Source of the DNA: an uncultured virus (IMG/VR IMGVR_UViG_3300034152_000554)
Lineage: Duplodnaviria; Heunggongvirae; Uroviricota; Caudoviricetes
DNA length: 64,000 nt
IMG/VR virus record: IMGVR_UViG_3300034152_000554
Strand: one strand, 5' to 3'
A program made the position numbers and the translations under genes. Below, in pieces: positions 9,392 to 20,017 of this stretch (position 1 is the stretch's first letter; every line of letters begins with the position of its first letter). The notes beneath the pieces were generated by a model. That model saw nothing but the letters and a program-made list of their open reading frames with translations, did no database searches and was not told the DNA's origin.

Positions 9392-12300
9392 TCAGATTTC
9401 CTCCCAAATGCAATCATTAAGTCATCAATAGCAGCCTTAAACACCCCCACTTTATCATCAGGGATCTTTTGGTTGCCTGCATAGTAGCTGGCAATTTTTA
9501 CGGTTTTTGATACGTCTCCATCAACCCTGAAAGCATTAATAATAAAATCGAGAACATAACCTTCTGGTACATCCTGCCAGTTAGGTGTTGCGCCTAATGC
9601 ATTTAGGTTTCCAGATGCAATAGGGGTTTCTGAGTCTGTAATATAAAAGTCTTGAGTATTTTCAGTTTTAGAAAAGTTTGCTAGAACAAATCCATATCCA
9701 TCATCCGGTTGCGTTGGTGAAGTTCCAGACACTTCAGTGCCATTATTAAAAGCTCTAAGATAATAATTGCTACCCAAAGCAGGTATTGCATAAATACTCC
9801 AATCACCAGACCCGTTGCCATTAGGCAAAGACCTCCTAGCATGACAAGTAAATGAGTCAATGTTTAATTCATAAGGAAAGTAGCCACCCAAAAAGCCATC
9901 TTGAGGCGCATGGGTAAAAGTGTTTTTAGGATCTAGGTTTATTACACCATGTTTTCCTGGAACCAATGAAAACCCAACAGTGCGACTATAATCACCTTCT
10001 ACTACTCCAGTCCAGGTAATGCTACCAACACTGGCAGGTGCAATTAAAGGCACACTTGCCGCTGCCAAATTGCTGCCTGCTAACGGATTGAAATATAAAA
10101 CAATACTGTTAGTTGCATTATGGTTAGCAGGGTCAGCAGTTACTAGCCCCTGACTAATTAAGATATCTACAAAGTTATTAAGCTCTAGAAGATCATCACC
10201 AGAAATACCACCACCAGCAAGAATGACATTTTCAAAATACTGCCTAGTCCAGGCATTAAGCGGCAATCCATCATAGTCAGTTCTTCGCTCAAATGCAACC
10301 ATCAAGCTATTAACTGCTGCTCTTAGTGTTGGAATCTTCTCTGGCGCTACAGTCTGGTTGCCAATCATTACCAGGCCATATCTGAAAGTCCCAGTATTAC
10401 CTGCTACATCGAATCCACTGTATACACCATTTAATACAAATGGGCCGAACAGGTTACTGGAGTGTGCAAACGATTCAACCCCATTATCAGGAAAAACTGG
10501 TAGCGACTCGTTGACTAATGTAGGCGTGTCTGAGTCATAGTAAAACTGAAAATCACCTACATCCAGCCCGTCATTTTGAAGCATCCAAAGACCCCAGCCA
10601 TCAGAAGGCTGTGGAAATGCTGGCCCTTCAAAGCGAATACCATGTATTGCTATAGTCCCTGGGTCATGATAATAACCTAACTGTTGAGTAAAAAATCTCT
10701 CATCTCCGCCTGGAAAAACCCACGGACTCATTGTATAAGACATAGCATGTATGGCCCACCCAACCGCAAGAGGTATTTCACCAGTATCAATATGAGGGAA
10801 ATACACCGCTATAAAGGTTGCATAATCGTCATGAGTGAAATAGGTTGCAGGGGTAAGACTGGTTCTACCGTACTTGCCACCTGTTAAAAGGATTCCCCCT
10901 TCACGACTGTAATCACCTTCAACTACGCCTGTCCAGCCAACACTGCTAAGATCAGATGGCGCAATTAATGGCACACTAGCAGCCGTTAAATCATCCCCAG
11001 CAAACGGATGCAAATATAGAATTGTACTTGTGCTTGCATCATGATTGGCTGGATCTTCAGCTACTAGCTCTTCATTAATAAGAGTTTCTACAAAACTGTC
11101 CAGTATCAACAAATCTTCAGCAGAAACAGAACCACCTGCAAATGCTACATTGTATGCAAATTGTTCAGTCCAATCATTGAGGTCAAGTCGCCTCCCAAAT
11201 GCGATCATTAAATCATCAATAGCGGATTTCAACGTAGCTATTTTTTCTACTGGTATTGGTTGATTGCCTAAAGATACTAACCCAAACCTGGAAGTTAAAG
11301 CATTCCCAATTATAGTGGGATATTCTGAAGGATATCCATTCAGTATATATGGATCGCCATAATTACTATTATTGTCACTCCCTGAAACTGCGCTAGTACT
11401 TGTTTCAGTTGCCGTTGCAGAGCTTATATATATTGTTGCTCCACCGGCATCACGAGAGGTTAGCTGTTTTAGACAAAAGCCCCAGCCATCAGCGGGTTGA
11501 GGGTACAATGTTGGGCCTGCTAAACGCAATCCAGTAACGTGCCCAAAAAAGTCGCCTACGTATTCATTTGTTTGTATCGGATTTGTAGTCCAGGGAATTA
11601 AGCCATTTAATCCAGTGCTACCAGATGTTGCCCTGTTACCTAAAATATAGCCATATCCAGTTGTTAAAGAGTCCCAATATGGGAAGTATGCGATTTCATG
11701 GTGTTTATCCAAATCGTCTGTATAGTGCGTTGCGGGAATTATTCCAGTGCTTGCAGACTTGCCAGAGGTAAAGTAAACTCCGCCTTCTCGACTATAGTCA
11801 CCTTCTACTACACCAAACCACTCAATGTTGCCAACATCTGATGGTGCAATTAACGGTACGCTTGCCGCTGCTAAGTTGTTGCCTGCGAGGGGGTTCAAGT
11901 AAAGAATAATGCTGTTGGTTGCATTATGATCTTCAGGTTTGCTGGCTAACAGTCCTTCACTGATTAAAGTGTTAGTAAACACATTAAGAGCAGTCAGATC
12001 ATCAAGTGAAATAGTTCCACCGTTAGCAATGACATTGGCTTGATACTGACCAACCCAGTCATTAAGCACAACAAACTCATCGCTGGTAATTGTATCTACC
12101 AAACCACGCCAGGAATAATTTCGCTCACCTGAATCGGACGCTGGATTATCTCGTTCCAGGATTTGAATAATCCCAGCCATCGAAGCGTCATACTCAACGC
12201 CTTCCTGTCCAAAGTTGAGAGACAGTAAGCAATCTCGTAGCCCTGCCCAATTGTAATCGAACGGACAATGCTCAGTTTCATCAAGACCCAGCAACAATCT

Positions 12301-12405
12301 AATAACCCCTCTCATGTTGGGATCATACCGGATGCCATCTTGACCAAGCCCTTTTGCTCTCAGGGCTTTAATTAATCCGCTCCAGTTTGCGTCGTAAAGT
12401 GGCAT
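9388..12405 (-). CDS. Putative tail fibre/receptor-binding protein with three ~300-aa repeats
   Basis: Three units LNxW...NPLAG.NL.AASVPLIAP...GVVEGDYSR...AIDDLMIAFGR; distal position in the structural operon. Confidence 0.65.
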   Translation of the reverse strand: MPLYDANWSGLIKALRAKGLGQDGIRYDPNMRGVIRLLLGLDETEHCPFDYNWAGLRDCLLSLNFGQEGVEYDASMAGIIQILERDNPASDSGERNYSWRGLVDTITSDEFVVLNDWVGQYQANVIANGGTISLDDLTALNVFTNTLISEGLLASKPEDHNATNSIILYLNPLAGNNLAAASVPLIAPSDVGNIEWFGVVEGDYSREGGVYFTSGKSASTGIIPATHYTDDLDKHHEIAYFPYWDSLTTGYGYILGNRATSGSTGLNGLIPWTTNPIQTNEYVGDFFGHVTGLRLAGPTLYPQPADGWGFCLKQLTSRDAGGATIYISSATATETSTSAVSGSDNNSNYGDPYILNGYPSEYPTIIGNALTSRFGLVSLGNQPIPVEKIATLKSAIDDLMIAFGRRLDLNDWTEQFAYNVAFAGGSVSAEDLLILDSFVETLINEELVAEDPANHDASTSTILYLHPFAGDDLTAASVPLIAPSDLSSVGWTGVVEGDYSREGGILLTGGKYGRTSLTPATYFTHDDYATFIAVYFPHIDTGEIPLAVGWAIHAMSYTMSPWVFPGGDERFFTQQLGYYHDPGTIAIHGIRFEGPAFPQPSDGWGLWMLQNDGLDVGDFQFYYDSDTPTLVNESLPVFPDNGVESFAHSSNLFGPFVLNGVYSGFDVAGNTGTFRYGLVMIGNQTVAPEKIPTLRAAVNSLMVAFERRTDYDGLPLNAWTRQYFENVILAGGGISGDDLLELNNFVDILISQGLVTADPANHNATNSIVLYFNPLAGSNLAAASVPLIAPASVGSITWTGVVEGDYSRTVGFSLVPGKHGVINLDPKNTFTHAPQDGFLGGYFPYELNIDSFTCHARRSLPNGNGSGDWSIYAIPALGSNYYLRAFNNGTEVSGTSPTQPDDGYGFVLANFSKTENTQDFYITDSETPIASGNLNALGATPNWQDVPEGYVLDFIINAFRVDGDVSKTVKIASYYAGNQKIPDDKVGVFKAAIDDLMIAFGRKSE

Positions 12406-12410
12406 TGTAA

Positions 12411-12872
12411 TTACTCAATTGGAGGCAGGGTAATCAGAGAGTCAAAATTGGTATCAATTAATGCTTGCTCAATCCGGCTCCTATTATCAGTATAAACGCC
12501 TTCGGATTGAAGTATCGCAATGACATCATTGATTGCATCCTGGATTGCTGCTATCTTATTGGTTTTGCTCAACCCACCATTCCAAGTTATAGTTAATGCG
12601 TTTTGAAGCAGTAACGCTGCTGCTTTATCTACTGATTTAATAGTCAGATAGAGATCAACCAGTCCACCATCTTCAACGGGGGTCAACATCAGATCAACTA
12701 ATGCTTTAGGATTTGGGCCTGGAGGACGATTCAAAAATGAAACGACATCTGGATCGCCAAGAGCCTTTTCAACAATTGACACTCCTTCAGGAGCTACTTC
12801 AGGCGGCCCTGCGTAGTAGATTGAGATAATTTGGTTGTCTTTAATTCCAGCATGAACAATATTGGATGCCAT
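12411..12872 (-). CDS. Putative tail-fibre assembly chaperone
   Basis: Small gene directly after a fibre-like gene; inferred from position. Confidence 0.4.
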   Translation of the reverse strand: MASNIVHAGIKDNQIISIYYAGPPEVAPEGVSIVEKALGDPDVVSFLNRPPGPNPKALVDLMLTPVEDGGLVDLYLTIKSVDKAAALLLQNALTITWNGGLSKTNKIAAIQDAINDVIAILQSEGVYTDNRSRIEQALIDTNFDSLITLPPIE

Positions 12873-12884
12873 AACTCTAATCCC

Positions 12885-14282
12885 TTAAAATAAAATTCTG
12901 TATCCTTCTTGCCGAAGCTGTGCCGATACTGCATCAACAATTGATGTCCAGAAAACAATAGAGCCATTTGTCGTTATTACATTAACAGGAACAGCAGCTT
13001 CAACAGTATCTTGGGTGACTGACCAGAGTATATTGTTGGTCGCTCCATGCGGATACCCGGCAATCTGAGCGTTGATATTTGAGCCAACCGAGTTTGCTAT
13101 ATAAGCCCTACCAATAAACTCAGTCACAACGCCACGGGGACAAAGAGTACCAACTAAACTGGTTGGTGATGATGACAAATCTGTTGTGTCATAGACAAGC
13201 TGCGAGTCTTCAAATGTCCACAAACCAGGGACATCATTCCTGATATTTTCAATTACATCTCCTCCTGCATCGCAGGGAATACTACCAAGATACAGCCATA
13301 AATATTGGTCGGGATTATTGGAATCACTGGTTGGAGATACTTGAGCATTACCGTACTCAGGTTGACGGGTTGGCGGAGTATTGCTTACAAAACCAGAATT
13401 AAGAGCGAGACTGTCGGTAGCTGATGTTAGCCCAAACCTGAGTCCGTGAATTGGATTGTACCCGGCAAAAACATGGTAGGTTCTGCCTGATGGAATCTGC
13501 ACTTCGTCAAGCCGATGACCTGTGCCATCTTGAAATTCATTATCAGGATCCAGCAATCGATCAGACGGGCCAGGAAGTGATAAGTCATCTGGGATTAATA
13601 CCTTATACCATTCATCTCCCCAGCTTAACGGGTTATTAAATGTCAATACTGTGCTGGGTCTAAATGTTTCAACTTTGATAAATCCTGCGTCAAGACCATC
13701 ACTGGTTGTCAGCTTGAGTGTTCCAACTCCATTGTTAAAGCCGTTAATAGCATAATAGTTGCCATCATAGTCATCAAGCCGGTCTGCATTTAACGCTGCT
13801 GAAACAGTTGATTGCTGAATCCTTGAAAGGATTCCTTCGTTTTTATCGATGCCAATCAGCACTGCTACTTCATGCTGGTTCAATACTCCAACAAGCCGGT
13901 GCAGTGTAGTGCCCTGCTCAACAATAATTACCTGAGCTGGAGCGTCTTTTGCATTGACTATCAGCACAAAATCTTGCGCTTCAATGCTGGTAACGTATGC
14001 AATCGTTTGGGATACACCATCAAAGATGATGACATTACCATTATCTTCGTGGGTAATCTGAGCTTCACTACTGCTTACATTTCGATGGTTAAAGCCAATT
14101 ACTTTTTTCTTAAATTCTGCAACTGTTGTAACCTGCATTGCAGAAGCACGCACGCCTCCCTTTTTATCGACCACCATAACTAGATTGTCATCTTCATACT
14201 CGTTGCTTGATAGCTCAGGGTTATGGAAGATGTTATCTATTAGCAGCTTGGCTATTGCCTGAGAGTTTTGTGCGCTACTCAT
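12885..14282 (-). CDS. Putative tail fibre/spike protein
   Basis: 465 aa, LNADRLD motif, beta-rich C-terminus, structural operon. Confidence 0.55.
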   Translation of the reverse strand: MSSAQNSQAIAKLLIDNIFHNPELSSNEYEDDNLVMVVDKKGGVRASAMQVTTVAEFKKKVIGFNHRNVSSSEAQITHEDNGNVIIFDGVSQTIAYVTSIEAQDFVLIVNAKDAPAQVIIVEQGTTLHRLVGVLNQHEVAVLIGIDKNEGILSRIQQSTVSAALNADRLDDYDGNYYAINGFNNGVGTLKLTTSDGLDAGFIKVETFRPSTVLTFNNPLSWGDEWYKVLIPDDLSLPGPSDRLLDPDNEFQDGTGHRLDEVQIPSGRTYHVFAGYNPIHGLRFGLTSATDSLALNSGFVSNTPPTRQPEYGNAQVSPTSDSNNPDQYLWLYLGSIPCDAGGDVIENIRNDVPGLWTFEDSQLVYDTTDLSSSPTSLVGTLCPRGVVTEFIGRAYIANSVGSNINAQIAGYPHGATNNILWSVTQDTVEAAVPVNVITTNGSIVFWTSIVDAVSAQLRQEGYRILF

Positions 14283-14303
14283 TTGTCTTTTAACCTTTAT
14301 AAA

Positions 14304-14774
14304 TTAATCAACTTTTAGCACGCCAGTTGAAGGCAGCACAATTGTAAATGTAATCAGAGTAGCTGAACTCGATGGCGGTGTGTAAGGAGATGCCGCACCA
14401 AGTCCGTCAACCAATTCGATATAGCTAATTACAGCATCGGTTGATGCTTTAGCTCCACCACTGCCATTGGTTGATTTGCAGCAAATCACATAGCCCACAA
14501 TTGCTGTTCCATCAGTATAGAGATCAACCCAGGTTGGGTCATCAAAGTCAAGTTTCCAACCTGTGCCATCAGATGAAAACTGACGGACAGATAAATCGTA
14601 GGGAGCATAGTTGCCGCCTGTAGCCAAGACCAGATCATCTACATCAGCATCACCCTGGTTGGGTTCAGACGTTACCAGGTGAACATAGAAATCACCGGCC
14701 TGGTCAAGATCAGTGAAGTTAACTGAGCCTTTTAGTAAGCGCTCATCAAGTGTGTTGAAAATAAAAGATGCCAT
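14304..14774 (-). CDS. Putative virion structural protein
   Basis: 156-aa beta-rich ORF in the structural operon. Confidence 0.6.
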   Translation of the reverse strand: MASFIFNTLDERLLKGSVNFTDLDQAGDFYVHLVTSEPNQGDADVDDLVLATGGNYAPYDLSVRQFSSDGTGWKLDFDDPTWVDLYTDGTAIVGYVICCKSTNGSGGAKASTDAVISYIELVDGLGAASPYTPPSSSATLITFTIVLPSTGVLKVD

Positions 14775-14799
14775 GTTGGTTAAAAACTATCTCTTTATA

Positions 14800-15660
14800 T
14801 TATGTCAGGGTATACTCAGAGCTTGCATTACTCAAGCTAAGAACCAGATCAGTTTCATTGCTGCTCCTGATAGCAGTAAGGATATATGGACTACCTGCTG
14901 CTGTCAGAGTTTCTAGTGCAGGCAATAGATCAGCTTGCAGAGTAATTTCAATAAGCGCCTGAGAGCTAACTGCACTGGTCGTAAGCAGTTTGACAAATAG
15001 GCCGCTTTGACGAACAAACGAGTCAGTAAATGATGTGTCATCTTTAGGTGGTTCAGGTTTAACTCCAGTAATGTTTTCGGAATATAGCTGGGCTGAGTAG
15101 ATATGTTTGCAGTGCGGAGTTGGAATGCTTGAACCTGCTGGAATCTTGGCTCCAGCATCACTGTTTGTCCATTCCCGCTCTGTACGCAGTTCTCCTCCAG
15201 TGCTAATCCTATTTTGCTGCTCTTCTTTTTTACTCCAATCAGGACAATTGCACGACCATACTGGATAGCGGCCTGGGGTATATTGGACTGTCCAGAATCC
15301 AGTTGGCGCACGTCGGCTGGCAAATTCAAAATTGATATTGTCTCCATCCTGGGGCAGGATTGCACTGGGAACCAGTCTTGCCCCAGACAAATATCGTTTC
15401 AGTGGAGACTGGTAATCAATTGTTTTCTGGGGGTCATAGGTAACAACTGAATACTCTTCTCGTCCTCCTTTGCTTCGATCTCGATCCCATCGAGCATCCT
15501 GGATATCTCGCTCCAATCGGATTGATGGGAAGTGCATATCTGGACGAGTATTTGGTGAACCAAGACTAAACCCTTGTGGCTCAATATCTTTGCGCCGCTT
15601 ATTAATAGGCTTATCAATTCTGCCCATCTGCTGCCTGCGTTCTCTTCGTGATCGTCCCAT
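14800..15660 (-). CDS. SWIM zinc-finger protein
   Basis: WSCNCPDW...HCKHIY (CxC...CxH). Confidence 0.7.
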   Translation of the reverse strand: MGRSRRERRQQMGRIDKPINKRRKDIEPQGFSLGSPNTRPDMHFPSIRLERDIQDARWDRDRSKGGREEYSVVTYDPQKTIDYQSPLKRYLSGARLVPSAILPQDGDNINFEFASRRAPTGFWTVQYTPGRYPVWSCNCPDWSKKEEQQNRISTGGELRTEREWTNSDAGAKIPAGSSIPTPHCKHIYSAQLYSENITGVKPEPPKDDTSFTDSFVRQSGLFVKLLTTSAVSSQALIEITLQADLLPALETLTAAGSPYILTAIRSSNETDLVLSLSNASSEYTLT

Positions 15661-15669
15661 ATATGACTC

Positions 15670-16857
15670 CTATCGTATTGCAGCCATCTGAAGAATTTCT
15701 AAACGAAGGTAAAGTTCCAGGCCAAGGTTGGGCAAATTGGGATCAATATCAGCCATGTCAAGAAAAATTCGGAATGGGCCTATGTCAGTTTCTTCGGTAA
15801 TGTCTACATATATAATGACTTCTTCTGTAAATGTTTGGTCTGATACCTCAATTAGGCTGTATATATATTCAGTTGCACCAACGTAGAAAGTAAGGTCAGC
15901 AGTATTGATCGTAACGTCAAGGTCTACAACTGATAAAGCAGTTGCTCTTAATGAGATTCGATACCTTCCTGGACGGGCTTTTCTAACCATGTCAGATCCC
16001 CCTCCCGCTTTCAGTGTCAATGGACTACTGCCAAGCCAACCGAGATCACCCGCATAGGCCGGATAAGCTTCCCCTCCAGTAAGAGCGAAATCAGCCTGAA
16101 CAAGAGTGCCAGATAGCACTGTAAGGAATGCTTCAGGGGATACTCCCAAAAAATAATAAGCCCGTTCATCAATCGTTTTATAAGCCGAATTTGCTCCAGT
16201 TAATAGCCTTAATGGTGTCAATACTGGAGCATCATTTAGAGTGACAATATCATCTACTGGATCTACTTCAGTTGAGTCAATATGTCCACCACTAACAATG
16301 ACATTGACTGGATCAGATTGAGCTTGTCCTAATGCAACTCCAAGCAATTGCCCTGGCTCCAGGAATAAGCCATAGCCTTCACTGAACGGGTCTTTGTAAT
16401 AGTCACAAACATCTGAGCCGGTATGCTCAGGGGCACTAATCTCTTTAGCAAACAATACAAATGGTAGACCCATCGATACTGGAGTTGCGCCTCTATCAGC
16501 TTTGAACTGGCTGCCAAAGATTGCACCCTCAGCAGTAAGGTCTAGTGATGAATATTCCAATTCCCAAATCAGATGCCAGATAACTGGCTGTCCAGTTTGA
16601 GTCTCTTCAGGCGTGCTTATAAATAGTCTGATTAAATTATCTGATGGCGTTACGCCATTAGCAGTAACAAAACTAATATAAATGTTATTAACAATTGATC
16701 CTGCACTCAGTCCATTGCGATTAGATCCCTGAGCAATTGGCCTGATTACACCTGTGCCATCTCGGTTGGCAGCACTGTAAAGACGCTCAGAGTGAGTAAA
16801 GCGCCTTGAGATAAATAATGGCCGTTCAAATAGTGCATTGCTGGGAATTTGAGACAC
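15670..16857 (-). CDS. Tail/virion structural protein
   Basis: N-terminal domain paralogous to 16860-17315. Confidence 0.65.
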   Translation of the reverse strand: MSQIPSNALFERPLFISRRFTHSERLYSAANRDGTGVIRPIAQGSNRNGLSAGSIVNNIYISFVTANGVTPSDNLIRLFISTPEETQTGQPVIWHLIWELEYSSLDLTAEGAIFGSQFKADRGATPVSMGLPFVLFAKEISAPEHTGSDVCDYYKDPFSEGYGLFLEPGQLLGVALGQAQSDPVNVIVSGGHIDSTEVDPVDDIVTLNDAPVLTPLRLLTGANSAYKTIDERAYYFLGVSPEAFLTVLSGTLVQADFALTGGEAYPAYAGDLGWLGSSPLTLKAGGGSDMVRKARPGRYRISLRATALSVVDLDVTINTADLTFYVGATEYIYSLIEVSDQTFTEEVIIYVDITEETDIGPFRIFLDMADIDPNLPNLGLELYLRLEILQMAAIR

Positions 16858-16859
16858 TA

Positions 16860-17315
16860 TTAATCTCCACTGTAGTATCCTCCCATCACACAGACCTGCT
16901 GCCCAATTGATCCAGTTTCAGTTGGAGGTGCTGTTGCCAGGGCTGCATATAGTGTAACGTTAGCAGGGATGTATAGTCCTTTACTGCTTGAATCAGGACT
17001 CATTGTGGATGGCAGTGTAATAGTTGTCCGAGTAGCAGCAGTTGTTGAATCAGCCGCACTTAAAGGGATAGCAGTTTCAAATAAGAACTTAAATAGCCCA
17101 CCATCTTCTGATACAAAGAAGCGCACAACATTAGCCGCTTCATCATCGGCTAACGGAACAACCCAGGCATCAGTAATCAATGCTCCATAGGCTCCACCGC
17201 TGACAATTTCATGGGGCAATGCTGCACCCGTTCCGCTTCTGCTCAATACAGCACTACAGCTAACTGCTTTAAGCAACCGATATTTGATAAACCGTGGCTC
17301 AGTATTCATCGACAT
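16860..17315 (-). CDS. Tail/virion structural protein
   Basis: R.GTG...G.I...RF/LF.S...L.....L..AL....V...GG pattern shared with the downstream gene. Confidence 0.65.
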   Translation of the reverse strand: MSMNTEPRFIKYRLLKAVSCSAVLSRSGTGAALPHEIVSGGAYGALITDAWVVPLADDEAANVVRFFVSEDGGLFKFLFETAIPLSAADSTTAATRTTITLPSTMSPDSSSKGLYIPANVTLYAALATAPPTETGSIGQQVCVMGGYYSGD

Positions 17316-17330
17316 AGCAATGCTGCTCCA

Positions 17331-17804
17331 TTAAACATAGTGTTTCCATAGCTCAATACGGCAGGCAATCGATGTGTCTGCTGGCCCAGGAATTGATCGA
17401 ATATAAGCGCCATCACTGACATAGAATCGCCAACTGGCCGATGATGGATTGTTATAGTTGGGAACCCGCAGCAAATCAGCAAGGCGATCAGTTTCAGTAT
17501 TATAGTTTTCCATCCGAACCCTGAGCCGTTCTGCTTTATAGCGAACAACAGTTCGGTTAATGTCGCCAGTAATTAACTCTCGGTAATCAATCCCGGAGTC
17601 TTGCCGATCGGTTTCAGTTTCTTCAAAGGTGCGATCGCAGCGGTCAAGCTGTTCTTTAACTCGTCGCATTAGATGATCTGACAGGATATTGTTCATGGCG
17701 TTTTCCAGTCGGGCAACATCTCCGGCTGGAGTGCCTTCACCGACTGCACCATATCCCAGATGAAACCGGGTTCTATCCTTGTCGAGATTGCTTAATGCAA
17801 CCAT
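17331..17804 (-). CDS. Head-tail adaptor protein
   Basis: LSNLDKDRTRFHLGY N-terminus, helical, downstream of the capsid genes. Confidence 0.6.
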   Translation of the reverse strand: MVALSNLDKDRTRFHLGYGAVGEGTPAGDVARLENAMNNILSDHLMRRVKEQLDRCDRTFEETETDRQDSGIDYRELITGDINRTVVRYKAERLRVRMENYNTETDRLADLLRVPNYNNPSSASWRFYVSDGAYIRSIPGPADTSIACRIELWKHYV

Positions 17805-17815
17805 GTTATTAAGTC

Positions 17816-18238
17816 CTATTCAAACGAGATCAGCAACCCAATCACTGTCCAGTCAAGGTAGCTAAGATCCTGGTTGACTTCTTTCATGTGCTGAAGATCG
17901 ACGTACCGCTTTCCAGGCTGCTGGTTCCTGCGAGACAATAATTTGTTTGCCGATACTTTGCCAACTGTTGAAATTGCAACCAGCGGTTCCCAGTCAGATT
18001 CAGAAAGCTGATTGATAAAGATCGTAGCGGTACTGATCTCCTTACTGCTACCAGTCGTGGGGCTGGTTTCAGTATGAATAGCGACCTCATAAGGGGTCAG
18101 TTCAGACTGAAGCACTGTTAGCTTTTTGCCGCCAACGTCAATCAAGACACCAGCATCAATGTCTTTATCTTGGTTTGAAGGGGCACAATATCGCTTAAGC
18201 TCACGGGCCAGTTGGCCTCGGTATAGAAAATAACTCAT
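17816..18238 (-). CDS. Helix-hairpin-helix (ComEA-like) protein
   Basis: IFINQLS...LVAISTVGKVSANKLLSRR...Y.DL. Confidence 0.6.
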   Translation of the reverse strand: MSYFLYRGQLARELKRYCAPSNQDKDIDAGVLIDVGGKKLTVLQSELTPYEVAIHTETSPTTGSSKEISTATIFINQLSESDWEPLVAISTVGKVSANKLLSRRNQQPGKRYVDLQHMKEVNQDLSYLDWTVIGLLISFE

Positions 18239-18311
18239 CTTAAAGCCTACCGCTTGTCAGTTTTTATTTTTAGCAAGATTAGGGCAGTTTAATAACTGCC
18301 CTATAATCTCA

Positions 18312-18911
18312 CTAGGGATATGTAACATTGGATTTGGCGTTACGTGCCCGGTAGTCTTTGTAGATGTCGCCTTCTTCAACGACTTCAGGCATTGTGTAAA
18401 CCATCCGAAAACCAATTCGGGTATCTTCAGCGGCAGCGGTAATGCTGCTGTTAGCGGTAGCTGCATCAATCGCAGCTTTGGCAAACAACTGAACAGTCTT
18501 GGCCGTGCTGGCGTTAGCAGTGCTTCCATAAAACGCAGAGGTTGTTGAAACAACTTCTTCTTCTACAGCACCACCAGTTGCAGCAGTGCTGGCAATTGCT
18601 ACCGCAGCACTGTCAGCAATCGATGTTGCATCAGCAGCAGCAGCAACAGAAGCCATAATTACCCCAGTCGCAGTTGTGTGAGTGATCCCAGCAGGAACAT
18701 CAAGGTCAAGCCGGTACACTTTTGCGCCGATGGGGATAGTCGGCTTTTCGCCATTGCGGTCATAGATTTGCATTGTTGCAGTCGCCTCAGTGGGGACTGT
18801 AGCAGTGCCAACATATTCGTGGAAAGTCATACCAGGGATCAGCAATGCCTCGTCATTGTAATTAGAGAGGTCATTGCAATAGTTACCTGGCAAAATTTTA
18901 CGGGTTGCCAT
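18312..18911 (-). CDS. Capsid decoration/minor capsid protein
   Basis: Ala/Thr-rich, directly after the major capsid gene, GAGG RBS. Confidence 0.6.
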   Translation of the reverse strand: MATRKILPGNYCNDLSNYNDEALLIPGMTFHEYVGTATVPTEATATMQIYDRNGEKPTIPIGAKVYRLDLDVPAGITHTTATGVIMASVAAAADATSIADSAAVAIASTAATGGAVEEEVVSTTSAFYGSTANASTAKTVQLFAKAAIDAATANSSITAAAEDTRIGFRMVYTMPEVVEEGDIYKDYRARNAKSNVTYP

Positions 18912-18967
18912 TTTATTATCCTCTTAAGGGGAAATAGTTAGGGTTCTATCAGGAGAACCCCAGTTAA

Positions 18968-20017
18968 TTAGTCAGCGTAAGTACGAGCTTCAACTACAAA
19001 GTCTTCATTGAGAAGCTGGAAGTCACCGTACATTTGCCAGATCAAAATGATGAATCGACCAAAATCATCATCCTGGTTAACCAGAATCCGTGGCCCCATT
19101 CCGCCAGTTGCAATACCGACTGACTGCATTCCGAAGAAATAGGCAGGGTAGGCAATATCGCCAGCGCCCACATCGGTAGTAACAGACAGAGTGGGAACGT
19201 TTGTGCTTTCAAAGAACAGCACGCCTTCATACATAACCGGAGGGCTGATTGGGTTGATTGGCCCCATTGGCCCCATCTGACCCAGTAGTGGCCCAGGCCC
19301 AGTAATCAGGTTGGCGATCTGAGCAGATTGCTGCCAGGTCTGACGGAAGTCAGAGTCTTGGCGCAAGTGCTTCATGAATCGGGGAGAGCAGATGCAGTGG
19401 TAGGTTCCATCAGGGAAGGGCGGAATGTTTTTATTCCGCAGCATCTCAACAACTGTTACCAGGTCGGTTGTAATGTCGAACTTGGTATTGTCCAGGTCGT
19501 TAGTACCTGTCCCTACCTCTGCATCAGTAACGCCATTGGGGTTATAGGCAACACTGGTTGCAGCCAGTTCGTTGATAATAACGCGATCACGCCAACGCTT
19601 ATAGTCATCAAGTAGGCGAGTAGATCCAATCGAATCATGGAATGCCTGCATATTTCCAGTGTCAAACAGGCGGCGTTGAGCATAAAGAGCATCTTGCAAT
19701 GCAATCTTGAAGGTGCTTGCCTGTCCACTGGAGGTTGAGGGGCCGGTGTATTCCTGTAAGACCAGGTTCACGACCTCTTTGTCAATATCTTCGCTGTTAG
19801 CAGTACCGAGTGTTTCGGTCTTGGAGCGACGACGTGCATCTTTAGTCAGACCCCGCTCAGACCAAAATTCATACCGATCAAGTTGAATTGTGTCACCGGG
19901 GCGCTTTGAAGCATCCCATACAAGTACAGGTTGTACGGCTGCTTCCGCGATGTAGTTGGGGTGCGGCTCAAAGAGCATTGCCCCCAATAAATCAGGGAAA
20001 ACCTCATCAATAAACAT
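18968..20017 (-). CDS. Major capsid protein (S-EIV1-like)
   Basis: MFIDEVFP.LLGA...PGDTIQLDRY...EYTGP...YHCICSP...LRQDSDF...FFESTN...DDFGRFIILIW; GAGGAG RBS; after portal and scaffold. Confidence 0.9.
   Translation of the reverse strand: MFIDEVFPDLLGAMLFEPHPNYIAEAAVQPVLVWDASKRPGDTIQLDRYEFWSERGLTKDARRRSKTETLGTANSEDIDKEVVNLVLQEYTGPSTSSGQASTFKIALQDALYAQRRLFDTGNMQAFHDSIGSTRLLDDYKRWRDRVIINELAATSVAYNPNGVTDAEVGTGTNDLDNTKFDITTDLVTVVEMLRNKNIPPFPDGTYHCICSPRFMKHLRQDSDFRQTWQQSAQIANLITGPGPLLGQMGPMGPINPISPPVMYEGVLFFESTNVPTLSVTTDVGAGDIAYPAYFFGMQSVGIATGGMGPRILVNQDDDFGRFIILIWQMYGDFQLLNEDFVVEARTYAD

Noticed and set aside
9388..12405. Diversity-generating retroelement target
   Set aside because: No reverse transcriptase or template repeat in the window; the repeats differ at all base types, not only adenines.
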